Positions 29,206-38,627 of a stretch of 54,991 nt of DNA are shown here, piece by piece (position 1 is the first letter of the stretch; each line of letters opens with the position of its first letter). Source of the DNA: Anaerolineae bacterium (GTDB taxonomy: Bacteria > Chloroflexota > Anaerolineae > 4572-78 > NAK82); assembly GCA_049969215.1 (NCBI GenBank), contig JBMFPH010000001.1:1-54991 (forward strand). The letters run 5' to 3'. The position numbers were made by a program, and so were the translations under genes. The notes under the pieces were generated by a model, which had not been told where the DNA came from, did no database searches, and was given only the letters and a program-made list of their open reading frames with translations.

Positions 29206-30588
29206 ATGGCAACTGAGGTTTTTATGCCCAAAATGACCGATCACATGGAAGCTGGCGAAATCATCCGTTGGCTGGTAAAGGAAGGCGATAGAGTAGAACA
29301 GGGCCAGGTTATCATGGAGGTGATGACGGATAAAGTCGTGGCCGACCTTGAGGCGCCAGCTTCAGGTATTCTGAAGGGTATCCGCCCAGGTGCCGTGGAT
29401 GGTGCCATTATCCCAGTGGGCGAGACGTTTGCCTTCATTGCCGAACCGGATGAAGAAGTGCCAGCGTTGCCACCGTTGACAGGCCAGGCAGTTCCAGCTC
29501 CTGAAAATGTCTTAACGGCTGCAGAGGCAATGGAGTCCGCGTCTGCTCCCATAGAACCAGGGCAAGTGCTCGCCGCTCCGGCCGTCCGGAGACTGGCGAA
29601 AGAGTTGGGAGTTGATCTGACGTTCGTGCGAGGCAGTGGCCCCGGCGGACGTATCCGTGAGGAAGATGTGCACGCTTTTGTAGAGGCACGCAAGTCCCAA
29701 GAAACTGCAGAAGAGTCTGGTGCTGTGCGTGCCTCACCTCTTGCTCGTCGTCTTGCTCGCGAGCTGGGTGTGGATCTGACCCAAGTGCGAGGCAGTGGCC
29801 CCGGCGGACGTATCCGCGAGGAAGATGTGCGCGCGTTTGCCGAGGCACAAAAAGCTGCGAGGGTTGCTGTTACCGCAGCTCCGGTAACAACGGCTGTGCA
29901 GGTCGAGTGGGTTGATCTGACCCCTGTGCAGCGTCTTACGGGCCAACGCATGCTGGAAAGCGTGCATCATGCACCTCAATTTACCCTTTATGTCACCGCC
30001 GACACCACCAACCTGCTTTGGCTGCGTGAAGCGTTGATGGAGCGCATCCTGGCCGAGACGGGTGAACGCCCTTCAATTACTGCGCTGTTGGTCAGGATCG
30101 TTGCAGCAGCGCTGAAGGAACACCCGCGCGTGAACGCCTCATTTGAAGGCGGGCGCATCAGACTCTACCGCGAGATCAACATTGGTGTAGCGATTGGGAC
30201 GGATGACGGTTTGGTTGTGCCGGTCATCAAGGCAGCTGACCAGAAGAATCTTCTCCAGATCGTTCAAGAGCTCAAAACATTTCAGGAGAAAGCGCGCGTT
30301 ATGCGCTTCACTAGCGAGGATTTATCAGGAGGTACCTTTACCGTCTCCAACTTGGGCATGTACGGGATCGAGCGCTTCGATGCCATCATCAATCCTCCTC
30401 AGGCAGCTATCCTGGCAGTGGGGCGCATTATCAAGACGCCTGTGGGAATGCCGGATGACACGGTTGCCCTACGCCCTATGATGAGCCTCACGCTCACGAT
30501 AGATCATCGGGTGTTAGATGGCGTGCAGGGAGCCCGGTTTTTGTCTGCAATCAAAGAAAAAATTGAGAAGCCCTATTTCTTGATCTGA
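29206..30588 (+). CDS. dihydrolipoamide acyltransferase (E2) with one lipoyl domain, two peripheral-subunit-binding domains and a catalytic domain
   Basis: Lipoyl motif VMTDKVV, two PSBD copies (...RRLAKELGVDL...GSGPGGRIREEDV...), and catalytic motif DHRVLDG. Confidence 0.92.
   Translation: MATEVFMPKMTDHMEAGEIIRWLVKEGDRVEQGQVIMEVMTDKVVADLEAPASGILKGIRPGAVDGAIIPVGETFAFIAEPDEEVPALPPLTGQAVPAPENVLTAAEAMESASAPIEPGQVLAAPAVRRLAKELGVDLTFVRGSGPGGRIREEDVHAFVEARKSQETAEESGAVRASPLARRLARELGVDLTQVRGSGPGGRIREEDVRAFAEAQKAARVAVTAAPVTTAVQVEWVDLTPVQRLTGQRMLESVHHAPQFTLYVTADTTNLLWLREALMERILAETGERPSITALLVRIVAAALKEHPRVNASFEGGRIRLYREINIGVAIGTDDGLVVPVIKAADQKNLLQIVQELKTFQEKARVMRFTSEDLSGGTFTVSNLGMYGIERFDAIINPPQAAILAVGRIIKTPVGMPDDTVALRPMMSLTLTIDHRVLDGVQGARFLSAIKEKIEKPYFLI
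29572..29859 (+). repeat. in-frame tandem duplication (159-nt unit) encoding the E2 peripheral-subunit-binding domain
   Basis: Copy 1 starts at 29572 and copy 2 at 29731. Bases 29626-29671 and 29785-29830 are identical at 45 of 46 positions. Confidence 0.85.
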
Positions 30589-30604
30589 GATTGGGGGAGA
30601 TCCA

Positions 30605-31357
30605 ATGCGCCTCAAGGACAAAGTCGCGATTATCACTGGCGGTGGTTCGGGTATTGGACGCGCCAGCGCCGAGCTGTTCGCACTGGAGGGTGCCAAAGTC
30701 GTGGTGGCTGACTTCAATGAGAAAGCGGGTCAGGAAACGGCTGCAGCCATTCGGCAGTCAGGAGGTGAGGCCATCTTCGTGCAGGTGGACGTTTCGGACT
30801 CGGCGCAAGTGCAACGCCTGGTGGACATCACTCTCCAAACCTACAGCGGGGTTGACATTCTGGTCAACAACGCCGGTATTCTTCTCTTCGGGACAGCTCT
30901 CGACACCAGTGAGCAGGATTGGGAACGAGTGATTGCCATTAACCTGACAGGCACCTTCTTGGTCAGCAAAGCGGTGCTCCCCCATATGATCGCGCGCGGG
31001 GGCGGTTCCATCGTCAATTTGACCTCCTCCACCGGGGCACACGATGCAGCAGCTAACACGGTGGCCTATGTCGCTTCCAAGGGGGGAGTGGCACTGTTGA
31101 CCAGAGCCATGGCGATTGACCACGCAAAGCATAATGTGCGGGTCAATGCTGTCGCACCAGGCCCTACAGATACCCCAATGCTCCGAGATGCTATGTCGCC
31201 TGAACAACTGTCAGCCTTTGCCGCCACTTTCCCGATGGGACGTTTGGGTCGTCCGGAGGAGCTGGCACGTGCAATACTGTTTCTAGCATCGGACGAGGCT
31301 TCGTTCGTTACGGGAGCTATCCTAGCCGTGGATGGAGGGCAGACAGCTCAAGTGTAA
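30605..31357 (+). CDS. short-chain dehydrogenase/reductase (SDR)
   Basis: TGGGSGIG cofactor motif, NNAG, and the YVASKGG catalytic YxxxK. Confidence 0.9.
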   Translation: MRLKDKVAIITGGGSGIGRASAELFALEGAKVVVADFNEKAGQETAAAIRQSGGEAIFVQVDVSDSAQVQRLVDITLQTYSGVDILVNNAGILLFGTALDTSEQDWERVIAINLTGTFLVSKAVLPHMIARGGGSIVNLTSSTGAHDAAANTVAYVASKGGVALLTRAMAIDHAKHNVRVNAVAPGPTDTPMLRDAMSPEQLSAFAATFPMGRLGRPEELARAILFLASDEASFVTGAILAVDGGQTAQV

Positions 31358-31404
31358 GCACGGTCAGGGGCGAGTCAGGGGATTGAGAAGGCTATATCAG
31401 GGTT

Positions 31405-32157
31405 ATGGACGCAGCGAATCTGTTTCATTCGGTGGCACCAGAGGGACGTCTGGTTGACCGTGTCGTCGACCAAATCCAGCGTCTGATCTTGGATGGACAT
31501 CTGCGCGTTGGCACACGACTGCCCTCGGAGATGGAACTAGCGGCACAGTTGGGAGTGAGTCGCACGGTCATCCGCGAAGCGGTGCGTATCCTGACAGCCA
31601 AAGGACTGCTGGAGACACGCCCCGGCGTGGGTAGCATTGTGCGTCAGATGACCCGTGATCAGGTGGTTGAACCACTGGGTCATCTGCTGCGTGCCCATAA
31701 TGTCACTCTGGACGACTTACACGAAGTGCGCGGCATATTGGAGGTGGAGATCGCCGGATTGGCTGCTCGACAAGCTGATGCTGAGGACATTGCCAAACTC
31801 AGGCAAGCTATGGAGGCGATGACCAGAGCGACGAACGATGCCGAAGCATTGGCCGCTCATGATGCCGAGTTCCATCGCGCCTTAGCCCAGGCTACCCATA
31901 ACCCTTTGCTGGTTATCCTGCTGGACTCTATACGCGACCTTATGCAAGAGGTGCGCCTGCGTGTCAGCAGCTACCCAGACATTGTAGAGGTTATCATACC
32001 TGATCACTATCGCGTTCTGGACTGCGTTGTGGCGGGTGATGAGGAGGGCGCACGTCGCGCAATGCGTGAACATATAGACCATGCACGTGAATTTCAACGT
32101 GCCGTGTTTATGCGCGAGGCCGATGATCCCGAAATGAGTGGTGATCTGGAGAGCTAG
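31405..32157 (+). CDS. GntR-family transcriptional regulator, FadR subfamily (FCD domain), copy 1
   Basis: Winged HTH ...SEMELAAQLGVSRTVIREAVRILTAKGLL... followed by an all-helical FCD-like C-terminal domain. Confidence 0.88.
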   Translation: MDAANLFHSVAPEGRLVDRVVDQIQRLILDGHLRVGTRLPSEMELAAQLGVSRTVIREAVRILTAKGLLETRPGVGSIVRQMTRDQVVEPLGHLLRAHNVTLDDLHEVRGILEVEIAGLAARQADAEDIAKLRQAMEAMTRATNDAEALAAHDAEFHRALAQATHNPLLVILLDSIRDLMQEVRLRVSSYPDIVEVIIPDHYRVLDCVVAGDEEGARRAMREHIDHAREFQRAVFMREADDPEMSGDLES

Positions 32158-32164
32158 GAACAGA

Positions 32165-33157
32165 ATGAGGAACTTCCTGAACGGTCACATCTCGGTAGGT
32201 ATAGCCCTACAGCTGTATGAAACGATGCAGCGCATCAGGCAATTCGAGCTCACGGTAGTGGATCTTTTTGCGCGAGGAAAGATACCAGGGTTTCTGCACA
32301 CCTATGTGGGCGAAGAAGCGGTGGCTGCTGGTGTCTGTACCGCCCTGCGCCCGGACGACTATATCATCAGTACCCATCGCGGTCACGGCCACCTCATAGC
32401 GAAGGGGGGACGGTTCGATTTGATGATGGCGGAGCTGTTTGGCCGCCGCACTGGGTATTGTAAGGGGAAAGGGGGCTCGATGCACATTGCCGAGCCAGAG
32501 CTGGGCATGCTCGGCGCCAACGCCATTGTGGGTGCCGGCATTGCTATCATCAACGGCGCGGCGTTAACGGCGCAGTATCTGGGCCTTGACCGCGTTGCGG
32601 TGGCCTTTTTCGGCGATGGCGCTTCCAACACCGGGGCATTCCATGAAGCCCTCAATCTCGCCTCGGTATGGAATCTGCCCTCTATTTTCGTATGCGAGAA
32701 CAATGGCTATGCTGAGTCGACCCCGCAACGCCAGCACCAGAAAATCAAGGACATAGCAGTACGTGCTATAGCTTATGACATTCCCTCGGTGATTGTAGAT
32801 GGCAATGATGTAGGAGCAGTCTACCTGGCTACACAAGAGGCGGTGGCGCGAGCGCGCTCGGGTGGTGGTCCCACCCTGATTGAAGCCAAAACTTATCGCT
32901 GGCGCGGCCACTATGAGGGGGATCCACAAATGTATCGCGATAAAGCTGAGATCGAGGCGTGGGAACAAAAATGCCCCATTGCCCGTTGGCGCGATACGCT
33001 CATGTCCTCGGGCGTGCCAGCTGCGCAGCTGGATGCGATTGATTGGCGCATCCGTGAAGAGCTGGAACGTGCGGTTGCCTTTGCTGAGCAAAGTCCGTTC
33101 CCCGACCCTGCCGAAGCGCGCGCTGATATCTTCACCCCCGCTCCGGAGGTGGTATAA
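32165..33157 (+). CDS. E1 alpha subunit (copy 2)
   Basis: Canonical GDGASNTG...ENNGY TPP motif. By eye it is roughly half identical to copy 1. ATG 32165 avoids overlap with the regulator gene. Confidence 0.88.
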   Translation: MRNFLNGHISVGIALQLYETMQRIRQFELTVVDLFARGKIPGFLHTYVGEEAVAAGVCTALRPDDYIISTHRGHGHLIAKGGRFDLMMAELFGRRTGYCKGKGGSMHIAEPELGMLGANAIVGAGIAIINGAALTAQYLGLDRVAVAFFGDGASNTGAFHEALNLASVWNLPSIFVCENNGYAESTPQRQHQKIKDIAVRAIAYDIPSVIVDGNDVGAVYLATQEAVARARSGGGPTLIEAKTYRWRGHYEGDPQMYRDKAEIEAWEQKCPIARWRDTLMSSGVPAAQLDAIDWRIREELERAVAFAEQSPFPDPAEARADIFTPAPEVV

Positions 33158-33158
33158 G

Positions 33159-34142
33159 ATGGCATTGATGACCTACCGGGAAGCGGTACGCCAGGCATTG
33201 CGTGAGGAGTTGTTGAACGACGAGCGTGTCATTTTGCTAGGCGAGGACATTGCGGAGTTCGGGGGTACCTTCAAGGTAACCTTGGGTCTGCTGGAGGAGT
33301 TCGGTCCGCGACGTGTTCGCAATACTCCCATTTCCGAGACGGCCATCCTAGGAGCAGCGGTTGGCGCGGCTGCTACCGGCTTGCGCCCCATTGCGGAGAT
33401 CATGTACAGCGACTTCTTCGCCGTAGCGATGGATCAAGTGGTGAATCAGGCAGCCAAGATGCGTTATATGTTCGGCGGCAAAATATCGCTACCCCTGACT
33501 ATTCGCTCAACGATGGGGGGGCGTCGTTCGGCCGCTGCGCAGCACAGCCAGTGCCTTGAAGCTTGGTTTATGCACATCCCCGGTATCAAGATTGCTATGC
33601 CCTCGAATGCGTATGACGCTAAGGGATTGTTGAAAACCGCTGTGCGTGATCCCAACCTTACGGTCATTTTTGAAAACAAGATGCTGTACAACATGAAGGG
33701 CGAAGTACCCGACGAACCTTATTTCGTGCCGTGGGGGCAGGCAAAGGTGGTGCGCATGGGCAAGGATGTTACCATTGTGGCGCTGTCGGATATGGTGGAC
33801 TTTTCGCTGAAAGCTGCTGAGCAGCTGGCAGCAGAGGGCATTTCGGTCGAGGTGATTGACCCCCGTACGTTGGTACCATTAGATATTGAGACCATTGTCC
33901 GCTCGGTGCAGAAGACAGGACGACTGGTTATAGCCCACGAAGCTTGCATAACAGGGGGTGTGGGCGCAGAAATCGCAGCTCAGGTCACCTATCGCGCGTT
34001 TGATTACCTGGTAGCACCTGTTGAGCGCGTGGGTGCCAAAGATTCGCCCATTCCGTTCAGCCCTGTTCTTGAGCGTACAATCCTGCCGGATGACCAGGAT
34101 GTAATTGCGGCAGTGCACCGTACGTTGGACTACGCCGCGTAG
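33159..34142 (+). CDS. E1 beta subunit (copy 2)
   Basis: MALMTYREAVRQAL..., GEDIAEFGGTFKVT, and NTPISET. ATG 33159 lies 1 nt after the alpha stop and is preceded by GGAGGTGG. The longer track ORF (32880) is an out-of-frame read-through of the alpha gene. Confidence 0.9.
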   Translation: MALMTYREAVRQALREELLNDERVILLGEDIAEFGGTFKVTLGLLEEFGPRRVRNTPISETAILGAAVGAAATGLRPIAEIMYSDFFAVAMDQVVNQAAKMRYMFGGKISLPLTIRSTMGGRRSAAAQHSQCLEAWFMHIPGIKIAMPSNAYDAKGLLKTAVRDPNLTVIFENKMLYNMKGEVPDEPYFVPWGQAKVVRMGKDVTIVALSDMVDFSLKAAEQLAAEGISVEVIDPRTLVPLDIETIVRSVQKTGRLVIAHEACITGGVGAEIAAQVTYRAFDYLVAPVERVGAKDSPIPFSPVLERTILPDDQDVIAAVHRTLDYAA

Positions 34143-34169
34143 CTTGCACAGACTTTAGGAGAACAATCT

Positions 34170-35228
34170 ATGAGAGCAGCAGTGTGGCATGCACGAGGTG
34201 ACGTGCGGGTGGAGGAGATTCCGGAGCCGCCCCATCCTCCAGCCGGTCAGGTCAAGGTAAAGGTGGCCTGGTGTGGGTTATGCGGGACAGATTTGCATGA
34301 ATATTTGGGCGGTCCACTCTACATTCCAGCCGATGCACCCCATCCTCTGACCGGTGTCAAGGCGCCAGTTATTCTGGGCCATGAAATGTCGGGCGACGTA
34401 GTGGAGGTGGGCAACGGCGTAACCCGCATCAAAGTGGGCGACCGTGTGGCACTTTGTCCCATCATCGGTTGTCTGGAATGCACATGGTGTCGTTCTGGGC
34501 TGATGGGACTATGTCCGAACATCGCCTTCCTGGGCGTTTCGTGGACCGGTGGTGGCTTTGCTCAGTATGTCAACGTATATGAATACATGTGCTACATATT
34601 GCCACCGGAGGTCTCGTACGAAGTGGGCGCCTTGGTAGAGCCCTTTGCAGCTGTCTATCGTGCCTTGAAGCAGGCCAGCATACAGCCCGGGGAAACTGTG
34701 GCAGTTGTCGGTGCGGGACCCATTGGGCTGATGGGCATCCAGGTGGCACGAATCCAAGGCGCGGGGCAGGTCATTGCGGTTGAACCGGCGGCCAAGCGGC
34801 AAGAGTTGGCGCGTCGCTGTGGCGCTACAGCTGTCGTCGATCCTGTACGCCAGGATGCTCTGGCAGCTGTGCGCGATCTCACAGGTGGCGCTGGAGCTGA
34901 TACAGTTTTCGAAGCGGCCGGCGTCGAGGCAACCGGGATATTGGCTGGCCGCATCGCACGTCGCAAGGGTCGTGTGGTGGTGATGGGAGTCTTCGAGCGT
35001 CCCGCACCGCTTGATTATACAGACCTGGTCTATGGCGAAAAGGTTGTAATGGGCAGTATGGGGGGCTATGGCTTGTTCGACGAAGCCATCCGGGTCATGG
35101 CGAGTGGAGCATTTGACGGTGAGGTGCTTATCACTGGCAAGATCAAGCTGGACAACATTCTCGAAGGATTTGAGGCGCTGATCAAGCACAAAGAAGAACA
35201 TGTGAAGATCCTGGTGTCTCCGGCTTAG
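34170..35228 (+). CDS. zinc-dependent dehydrogenase resembling (R,R)-2,3-butanediol dehydrogenase
   Basis: WCGLCGTDLHEYLGGPLYIP...HPLTG...ILGHEMSG is collinear with B. subtilis BdhA as I recall it. Structural-zinc loop CLECTWCRSGLMGLC. Confidence 0.82.
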   Translation: MRAAVWHARGDVRVEEIPEPPHPPAGQVKVKVAWCGLCGTDLHEYLGGPLYIPADAPHPLTGVKAPVILGHEMSGDVVEVGNGVTRIKVGDRVALCPIIGCLECTWCRSGLMGLCPNIAFLGVSWTGGGFAQYVNVYEYMCYILPPEVSYEVGALVEPFAAVYRALKQASIQPGETVAVVGAGPIGLMGIQVARIQGAGQVIAVEPAAKRQELARRCGATAVVDPVRQDALAAVRDLTGGAGADTVFEAAGVEATGILAGRIARRKGRVVVMGVFERPAPLDYTDLVYGEKVVMGSMGGYGLFDEAIRVMASGAFDGEVLITGKIKLDNILEGFEALIKHKEEHVKILVSPA

Positions 35229-35298
35229 CAGATCTGATCATTCGGTGAAACCGTCGTAGCACCACTCTACACTTACACAACGCAGGGAGGACAATTTG

Positions 35299-36213
35299 AT
35301 GGACACACATTGGGACAATTATTGTACGATGAGCATTGTTCATTTCATGGCATTTCCTCAAACCATCGGCGGTGAGGGACCTATCGTGGAGACGGTCAGC
35401 AAGATCGCTGAAGATCCCTTTTTCGGTGCCATCGAGATCGGCTGGATCAAGGATGCGCAGGTGCGTCGGGCGACACGTGCAATCATTGAGGCTGCTCACA
35501 TGAAGGTTGGCTACGCAGCACAGTCAGCGATACTACTCCAGAAGCTCAATCTGAATAGCCTTGATGAAGCTGAACGTGAGCATGCTGTGAGTGAATTAAA
35601 GAAATGTATTGATGAGGCAGCCGAGCTAGGTGCCCAACGGGTTGCCTATCTATCCGGCAAGGACCCTGGTGATGCTGAGCGGCCAGCTGCCCTGGAAGCG
35701 TTGGTGAAGTCCACGCGGGAGCTGTGTGCCTATGGACGTGAAAAGGGAATCGCGTTAACTTGCGAGATTTTCGATCGTTCCATTGACAAGAAAGCTCTGA
35801 TCGGCCCAAGCAGCTACGCCGCTGAGTATGCACGCATTGTGCGCGAGGATTACCCAGATTTTGGTCTGATGTATGACTTAAGCCATCTGCCGCTTCTCTT
35901 TGAGAATGCAGAGACGGCTCTGTCAGTAATCAAAGATTTCCTGGTGCATATTCATATTGGCAATGCAGTGGTAGATGCTGGCACGCCTGGCTATGGCGAC
36001 CTGCATCCACGCTTTGGCTGGCCCGGTGGTGCCAACGATGTTTTCGAACTGGTAGATTTCCTGCGCGCTCTGTTTAAAGTTGGCTACCTGAAAGAAGGCA
36101 ACGGACGCCCATGGATCGGCTTCGAGGTAAAACCCCAGGCACCGGGAGAAACCCCTGAATTGATCATCGCTGGCACCAAGCGTGTCTGGAAGGAAGCGTG
36201 GTCACGCGTTTGA
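35299..36213 (+). CDS. xylose-isomerase-like TIM-barrel protein (distinct subfamily from 27077/40567)
   Basis: The length and motif spacing (...YDLSHLP..., HIHIGN...) are typical of the AP-endonuclease-2/sugar-phosphate-isomerase fold. AGGGAGG lies 8 nt upstream of ATG 35299. Confidence 0.7.
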   Translation: MDTHWDNYCTMSIVHFMAFPQTIGGEGPIVETVSKIAEDPFFGAIEIGWIKDAQVRRATRAIIEAAHMKVGYAAQSAILLQKLNLNSLDEAEREHAVSELKKCIDEAAELGAQRVAYLSGKDPGDAERPAALEALVKSTRELCAYGREKGIALTCEIFDRSIDKKALIGPSSYAAEYARIVREDYPDFGLMYDLSHLPLLFENAETALSVIKDFLVHIHIGNAVVDAGTPGYGDLHPRFGWPGGANDVFELVDFLRALFKVGYLKEGNGRPWIGFEVKPQAPGETPELIIAGTKRVWKEAWSRV

Positions 36214-36245
36214 TATCGCACATTCCAATCGGAGGAGTGGATCTC

Positions 36246-38606
36246 GTGTCACCAGCCACTGAAAAACACATAGTGCAGCACTATCAGGAGCTTTCGCAAC
36301 ATTTTCAGCATTGGGAAAAGGTCAAGGATCTGGTTGATAACCTGATTGACCTGATTCTCAATTATCGTCAAAGTGGCCATCCGGGTGGCTCGCGTTCCAA
36401 GGTGTACATGCTGATCAGTTTATTGCTCAGTGGGGCAATGAGATGGGACATTCGCCATCCGGAAAAGCGCTTCGGCGACCGATTCATCTTGGGTGCCGGA
36501 CACACGGTACCGCTGGTCTATTGTACGCTTGCGGTGCTGAACGAGGCGCTACGCGTGAAGTACAGACAGACCGGTGACACTCGTTACGACCTATCCCATT
36601 TGGGCGAGCATGTATTGTATTGGGAAGACCTGCTGAATTTCCGTCATCGCGGTGGGCTCTCTGGTCACGCTGAGATGGAAGGCAAGACTTTGTTCCTCAA
36701 ATTCAACACCGGTCCCTCAGGACATGGCAGCCCTGCTTCGGCGGGGGAGGCATTGGCACTCAAGCGTGCCGGTGCTGAAGGTGTAAAGGTGTTTGTCATC
36801 GAGGGAGAGGGGGGTCTGACACCCGGTGCCAATTACGAGACCATGAACTCGGCTTGGGGATTGGCATTGGACAACCTGTACCATCTGATCGACTGGAATG
36901 ACTTCGGCATTGATGACCATCCCATCAGTAGTGTCGTATATGGCAGACCGGGTGACTGGTACGCGGCGCATGGCTGGCGCGTGTTCGGTACCGAAAACGG
37001 CGAGGACTGGGATGCAGTGACACAGGCAATCCTCTCCATGGTGCTGACAGACAATCCGGAATGTAGACCCACAATGGCCTGGTTCAAGACACGCAAGGGA
37101 CGAGGCTATCTGAAATATGACAATGTGGTGCACGGCGTCCCACACAAGCTCAACTGTGAGCTGTTCTGGGAGACAAAGCGCCCATTTGCCGAAAAGTATG
37201 GGGCGAAGTTTGTCAATTTCGGCGGGTGTGCGCCTGATGATCCCATCGCCCTGCGTGCTGAGTTCGAGGCCAATCTCCGCGCTGTTATCGATGTGCTGCA
37301 CCGTGACCAGGCACTGATCGATTATCTGGCCGATCGTCTGGTAGAATTGGGCGATGCAGTACCTCGTGAGATACCTTCTTTCCGACTGGGGAGGAAGGGC
37401 AATCCTTATCAAGACGCACGACTGTATGATTACCGCAACTATCCGGCCGATTTGTACGTTAAGCCTGGTACCATAATCGCCAACCGAATGGCGCTAGCGA
37501 AGTGGGGAGCCTGGGCCAACGCATTCGGGGCCCGGGAATACGATCGGCCTCTATTTATTGCCTGTTCCGCTGATTTGGCCAGCTCGACCAACATTATCGG
37601 TTTTGCTCAGCCCTATGGCGACTTTCCAGGCTATGGGTGGTATGAGCGCTACGGGTCGTCCGAGGGGGTCTTGTTGCCTCAGGAGATCACCGAATTCGCC
37701 AACGCGGGTATTTTGGTTGGCATGGCAACGGTGAACTTCGCCCCCAATCCAGAGGAGGAATTCGATGGATTCTGGGGCGTCTGCTCCACATATGGGTCCT
37801 TCTCCTACCTCAAGTATGGCATGTTTCGCCTGTTCAGCCAGTTGGCACAGGATTGCCAATGGAAGGTGGGCAAGGTGCTATGGGTCGCCGGCCATTCCGG
37901 ACCTGAGACGGCAGAGGATAGCCGCACGCATTTTGGTATCTTCGCACCTGGGGTGACCCAGCTGTTTCCGGAGGGGTCTGTCATCAATCTCCATCCCTGG
38001 GAACACAACGAGGTACCGGTGTTGTTGGGTGCAGCGCTCAAACAACCGGTACCCATTGTAGCGCTCCACCTGACCCGTCCCCCGATTGAGGTGCCAGATC
38101 GTGAGAAGCTGGGTATTCCTTCACATTTCGAGGCAGCGCGCGGTGCCTATGTGATCCGCGATTATCGCACCGATCAGCCACACGGCGGCACGTTGATTGT
38201 GCAGGGCACCAGCGCAGTGGCCAACACGCTTCAGCTGTTGCCCGAGCTGGAACGGCGAAAACTGAACGTGAAAATCGTGTGTGCCACCAGTCCGGAGCTG
38301 TTTGCGCTTCAGCCGGAGGAGTATCGCCTGCGTGTGTTGTCCCCTGCGGACCGCCTTGATTCGACCGTTATCACAACACAAGCACGCCGCTTGATGAGCG
38401 ATTGGCTGTTCAATGAACTGGCTGAGGAATATGCTCTCTCCAGCGATTGGGACAATCGTTGGCGCACAGGCGGAAGTGTGTCGGAAGTTTTGGACGAGGC
38501 ACATTTGACACCTGAGTGGATTTTGAAAGGCATTGAGCGTTTCGTGGAGGAGCGTACGTCGCGTTTAACACGCTTACGTGCCTGGTTAGACGAGGTATCT
38601 CGCTAA
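36246..38606 (+). CDS. atypically long (~786 aa) fused transketolase-like TPP enzyme
   Basis: SGHPGGSRSK, GAGHTVPLVY, and a TPP-binding region reading GEGGLTPGANYE...NLYHLIDWNDFGID in place of GDG...N. The pyrimidine-binding and C-terminal domains follow. GTG 36246 follows GGAGGAG and avoids overlap with the previous gene. Confidence 0.75.
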   Translation: MSPATEKHIVQHYQELSQHFQHWEKVKDLVDNLIDLILNYRQSGHPGGSRSKVYMLISLLLSGAMRWDIRHPEKRFGDRFILGAGHTVPLVYCTLAVLNEALRVKYRQTGDTRYDLSHLGEHVLYWEDLLNFRHRGGLSGHAEMEGKTLFLKFNTGPSGHGSPASAGEALALKRAGAEGVKVFVIEGEGGLTPGANYETMNSAWGLALDNLYHLIDWNDFGIDDHPISSVVYGRPGDWYAAHGWRVFGTENGEDWDAVTQAILSMVLTDNPECRPTMAWFKTRKGRGYLKYDNVVHGVPHKLNCELFWETKRPFAEKYGAKFVNFGGCAPDDPIALRAEFEANLRAVIDVLHRDQALIDYLADRLVELGDAVPREIPSFRLGRKGNPYQDARLYDYRNYPADLYVKPGTIIANRMALAKWGAWANAFGAREYDRPLFIACSADLASSTNIIGFAQPYGDFPGYGWYERYGSSEGVLLPQEITEFANAGILVGMATVNFAPNPEEEFDGFWGVCSTYGSFSYLKYGMFRLFSQLAQDCQWKVGKVLWVAGHSGPETAEDSRTHFGIFAPGVTQLFPEGSVINLHPWEHNEVPVLLGAALKQPVPIVALHLTRPPIEVPDREKLGIPSHFEAARGAYVIRDYRTDQPHGGTLIVQGTSAVANTLQLLPELERRKLNVKIVCATSPELFALQPEEYRLRVLSPADRLDSTVITTQARRLMSDWLFNELAEEYALSSDWDNRWRTGGSVSEVLDEAHLTPEWILKGIERFVEERTSRLTRLRAWLDEVSR

Positions 38607-38627
38607 AGGGTAGGGGAGGCTGTGAGT

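Noticed and set aside
32880-33158. A long N-terminal extension of the second E1 beta ORF (track ORF 32880-34142).
   Set aside because: The extension is an alternative-frame read-through of the E1 alpha gene and has no homology-like features. The family-typical N-terminus MALMTYREAV starts at ATG 33159 with a good RBS.
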